Virus record (IMG/VR): IMGVR_UViG_3300042326_002445
Coordinates: 159,647 to 223,646 of that record
Direction: 5' to 3' (one strand)
DNA: 64,000 nt
Notes under the pieces: model-generated
What the model was told of the DNA's origin: nothing
What the model saw: only the letters and a program-made list of their open reading frames with translations
Databases searched by the model: none
Program-made: the position numbers and the translations under genes
Shown here: positions 63,736 through 64,000 of the stretch, piece by piece
Layout: the number at the start of each line of letters is the position of its first letter
How positions within the stretch are numbered: the first letter of the stretch is position 1

Positions 63736-64000
63736 ATGGCTACTTATACTCCTGAAGAACTCCTGAAAGACCTAGACAGCAATGATCGCGTTGTCCGCTA
63801 TTGTGCTGCCGGGAATCCCAATGCCTCTCCCGAAGTCCTGTTGAAGGCAATGGAAGACGATTATAAGGAAGTTCGCTGGAAGGCTGCCGATAATCCTAAT
63901 GCCACTCCCGAAGTCCTGATGAAGGCAATGAAAGACAAGGAATACAGTGTCCGCTATGCTGCTGCCGGGAATCCCAATGCCACTCCCGAAATTTTGCTTA
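63736..64000 (+). CDS. 26-aa LRV repeat protein, 3'-partial (not in ORF track)
   Basis: MATYTPEELLKDL...NPNASPEVLLKAM...NPNATPEVLMKAM...NPNATPEILL; frame open to the window end. Confidence 0.85.
   Translation, partial: MATYTPEELLKDLDSNDRVVRYCAAGNPNASPEVLLKAMEDDYKEVRWKAADNPNATPEVLMKAMKDKEYSVRYAAAGNPNATPEILL

Larger units (their letters stand above)
63150..64000 (+). repeat. 78-nt in-frame coding repeats shared by two genes
   Basis: cccaatgc(c/t)(a/t)ctcccgaagt units at about 63224, 63302, 63817, 63895 and 63973; tactcctgaagaactcctgaaagac present in both gene starts. Confidence 0.85.

Noticed and set aside
63150-64000. CRISPR array or diversity-generating retroelement
   Set aside because: The 78-nt units are in-frame coding repeats; there is no reverse transcriptase or cas gene in the window, and unit differences are not confined to adenine positions
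1-64000. Alternative genetic code (stop-codon reassignment)
   Set aside because: Known enzymes are uninterrupted in the standard code, and TAA, TGA and TAG all end genes at sensible, often overlapping, junctions
1-64000. Eukaryotic giant virus (NCLDV) origin
   Set aside because: SD sequences, sigma70 promoters, CsrA, TilS and a bacterial-type tRNA-Tyr (G1-C72, long arm) point to a bacterial host

Overview
Gene-dense, AT-rich 64 kb segment that most likely belongs to a large tailed bacteriophage. This is inference, because no capsid, terminase or polymerase gene lies in the window. Support comes from bacterial-type tRNAs, sigma70-like promoters, Shine-Dalgarno sites, scattered auxiliary metabolic genes and many short orphan ORFs. 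Layout: (1) 0-11.5 kb: M43-type metalloprotease, a deaminase-tilS-guaC cluster, ferritin-like and AbrB-like genes, tRNA-Ser(GGA) and a SNF2 helicase. (2) About 11.5-45 kb: a very large glycan-biosynthesis island with about 20 glycosyltransferase-like genes (GT2, GT4, GT10, GT11, GT25, GT47-like, NodZ-like), about 7 methyltransferases, a sulfotransferase, GDP-fucose synthase, a split transketolase, a short DegT aminotransferase and a StrG-like oxygenase. (3) 45-52 kb: purA, a four-tRNA cluster including a rare tRNA-Ser(ACU), thioredoxin and gmd. (4) 52-64 kb: a visibly more GC-rich early-type region with csrA, a PEP-CTERM-like protein, SLOG, SPOUT methyltransferase, a degenerate HNH protein, a metallophosphoesterase, a HicA-like gene, winged-helix-like proteins and 26-aa LRV/HEAT repeat proteins. 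Most notable patterns: sigma70 promoters positioned to give leaderless mRNAs alongside a phage CsrA; a shared C-terminal P-hydrophobic-x-x-L-L-x-x-A-K/R tag on six early proteins; a shared N-terminal MNWYK tag on unrelated proteins; and a recurring CGATA(A/T)A motif upstream of genes and tRNAs. All family calls come from motif recognition by eye; no database search was run.
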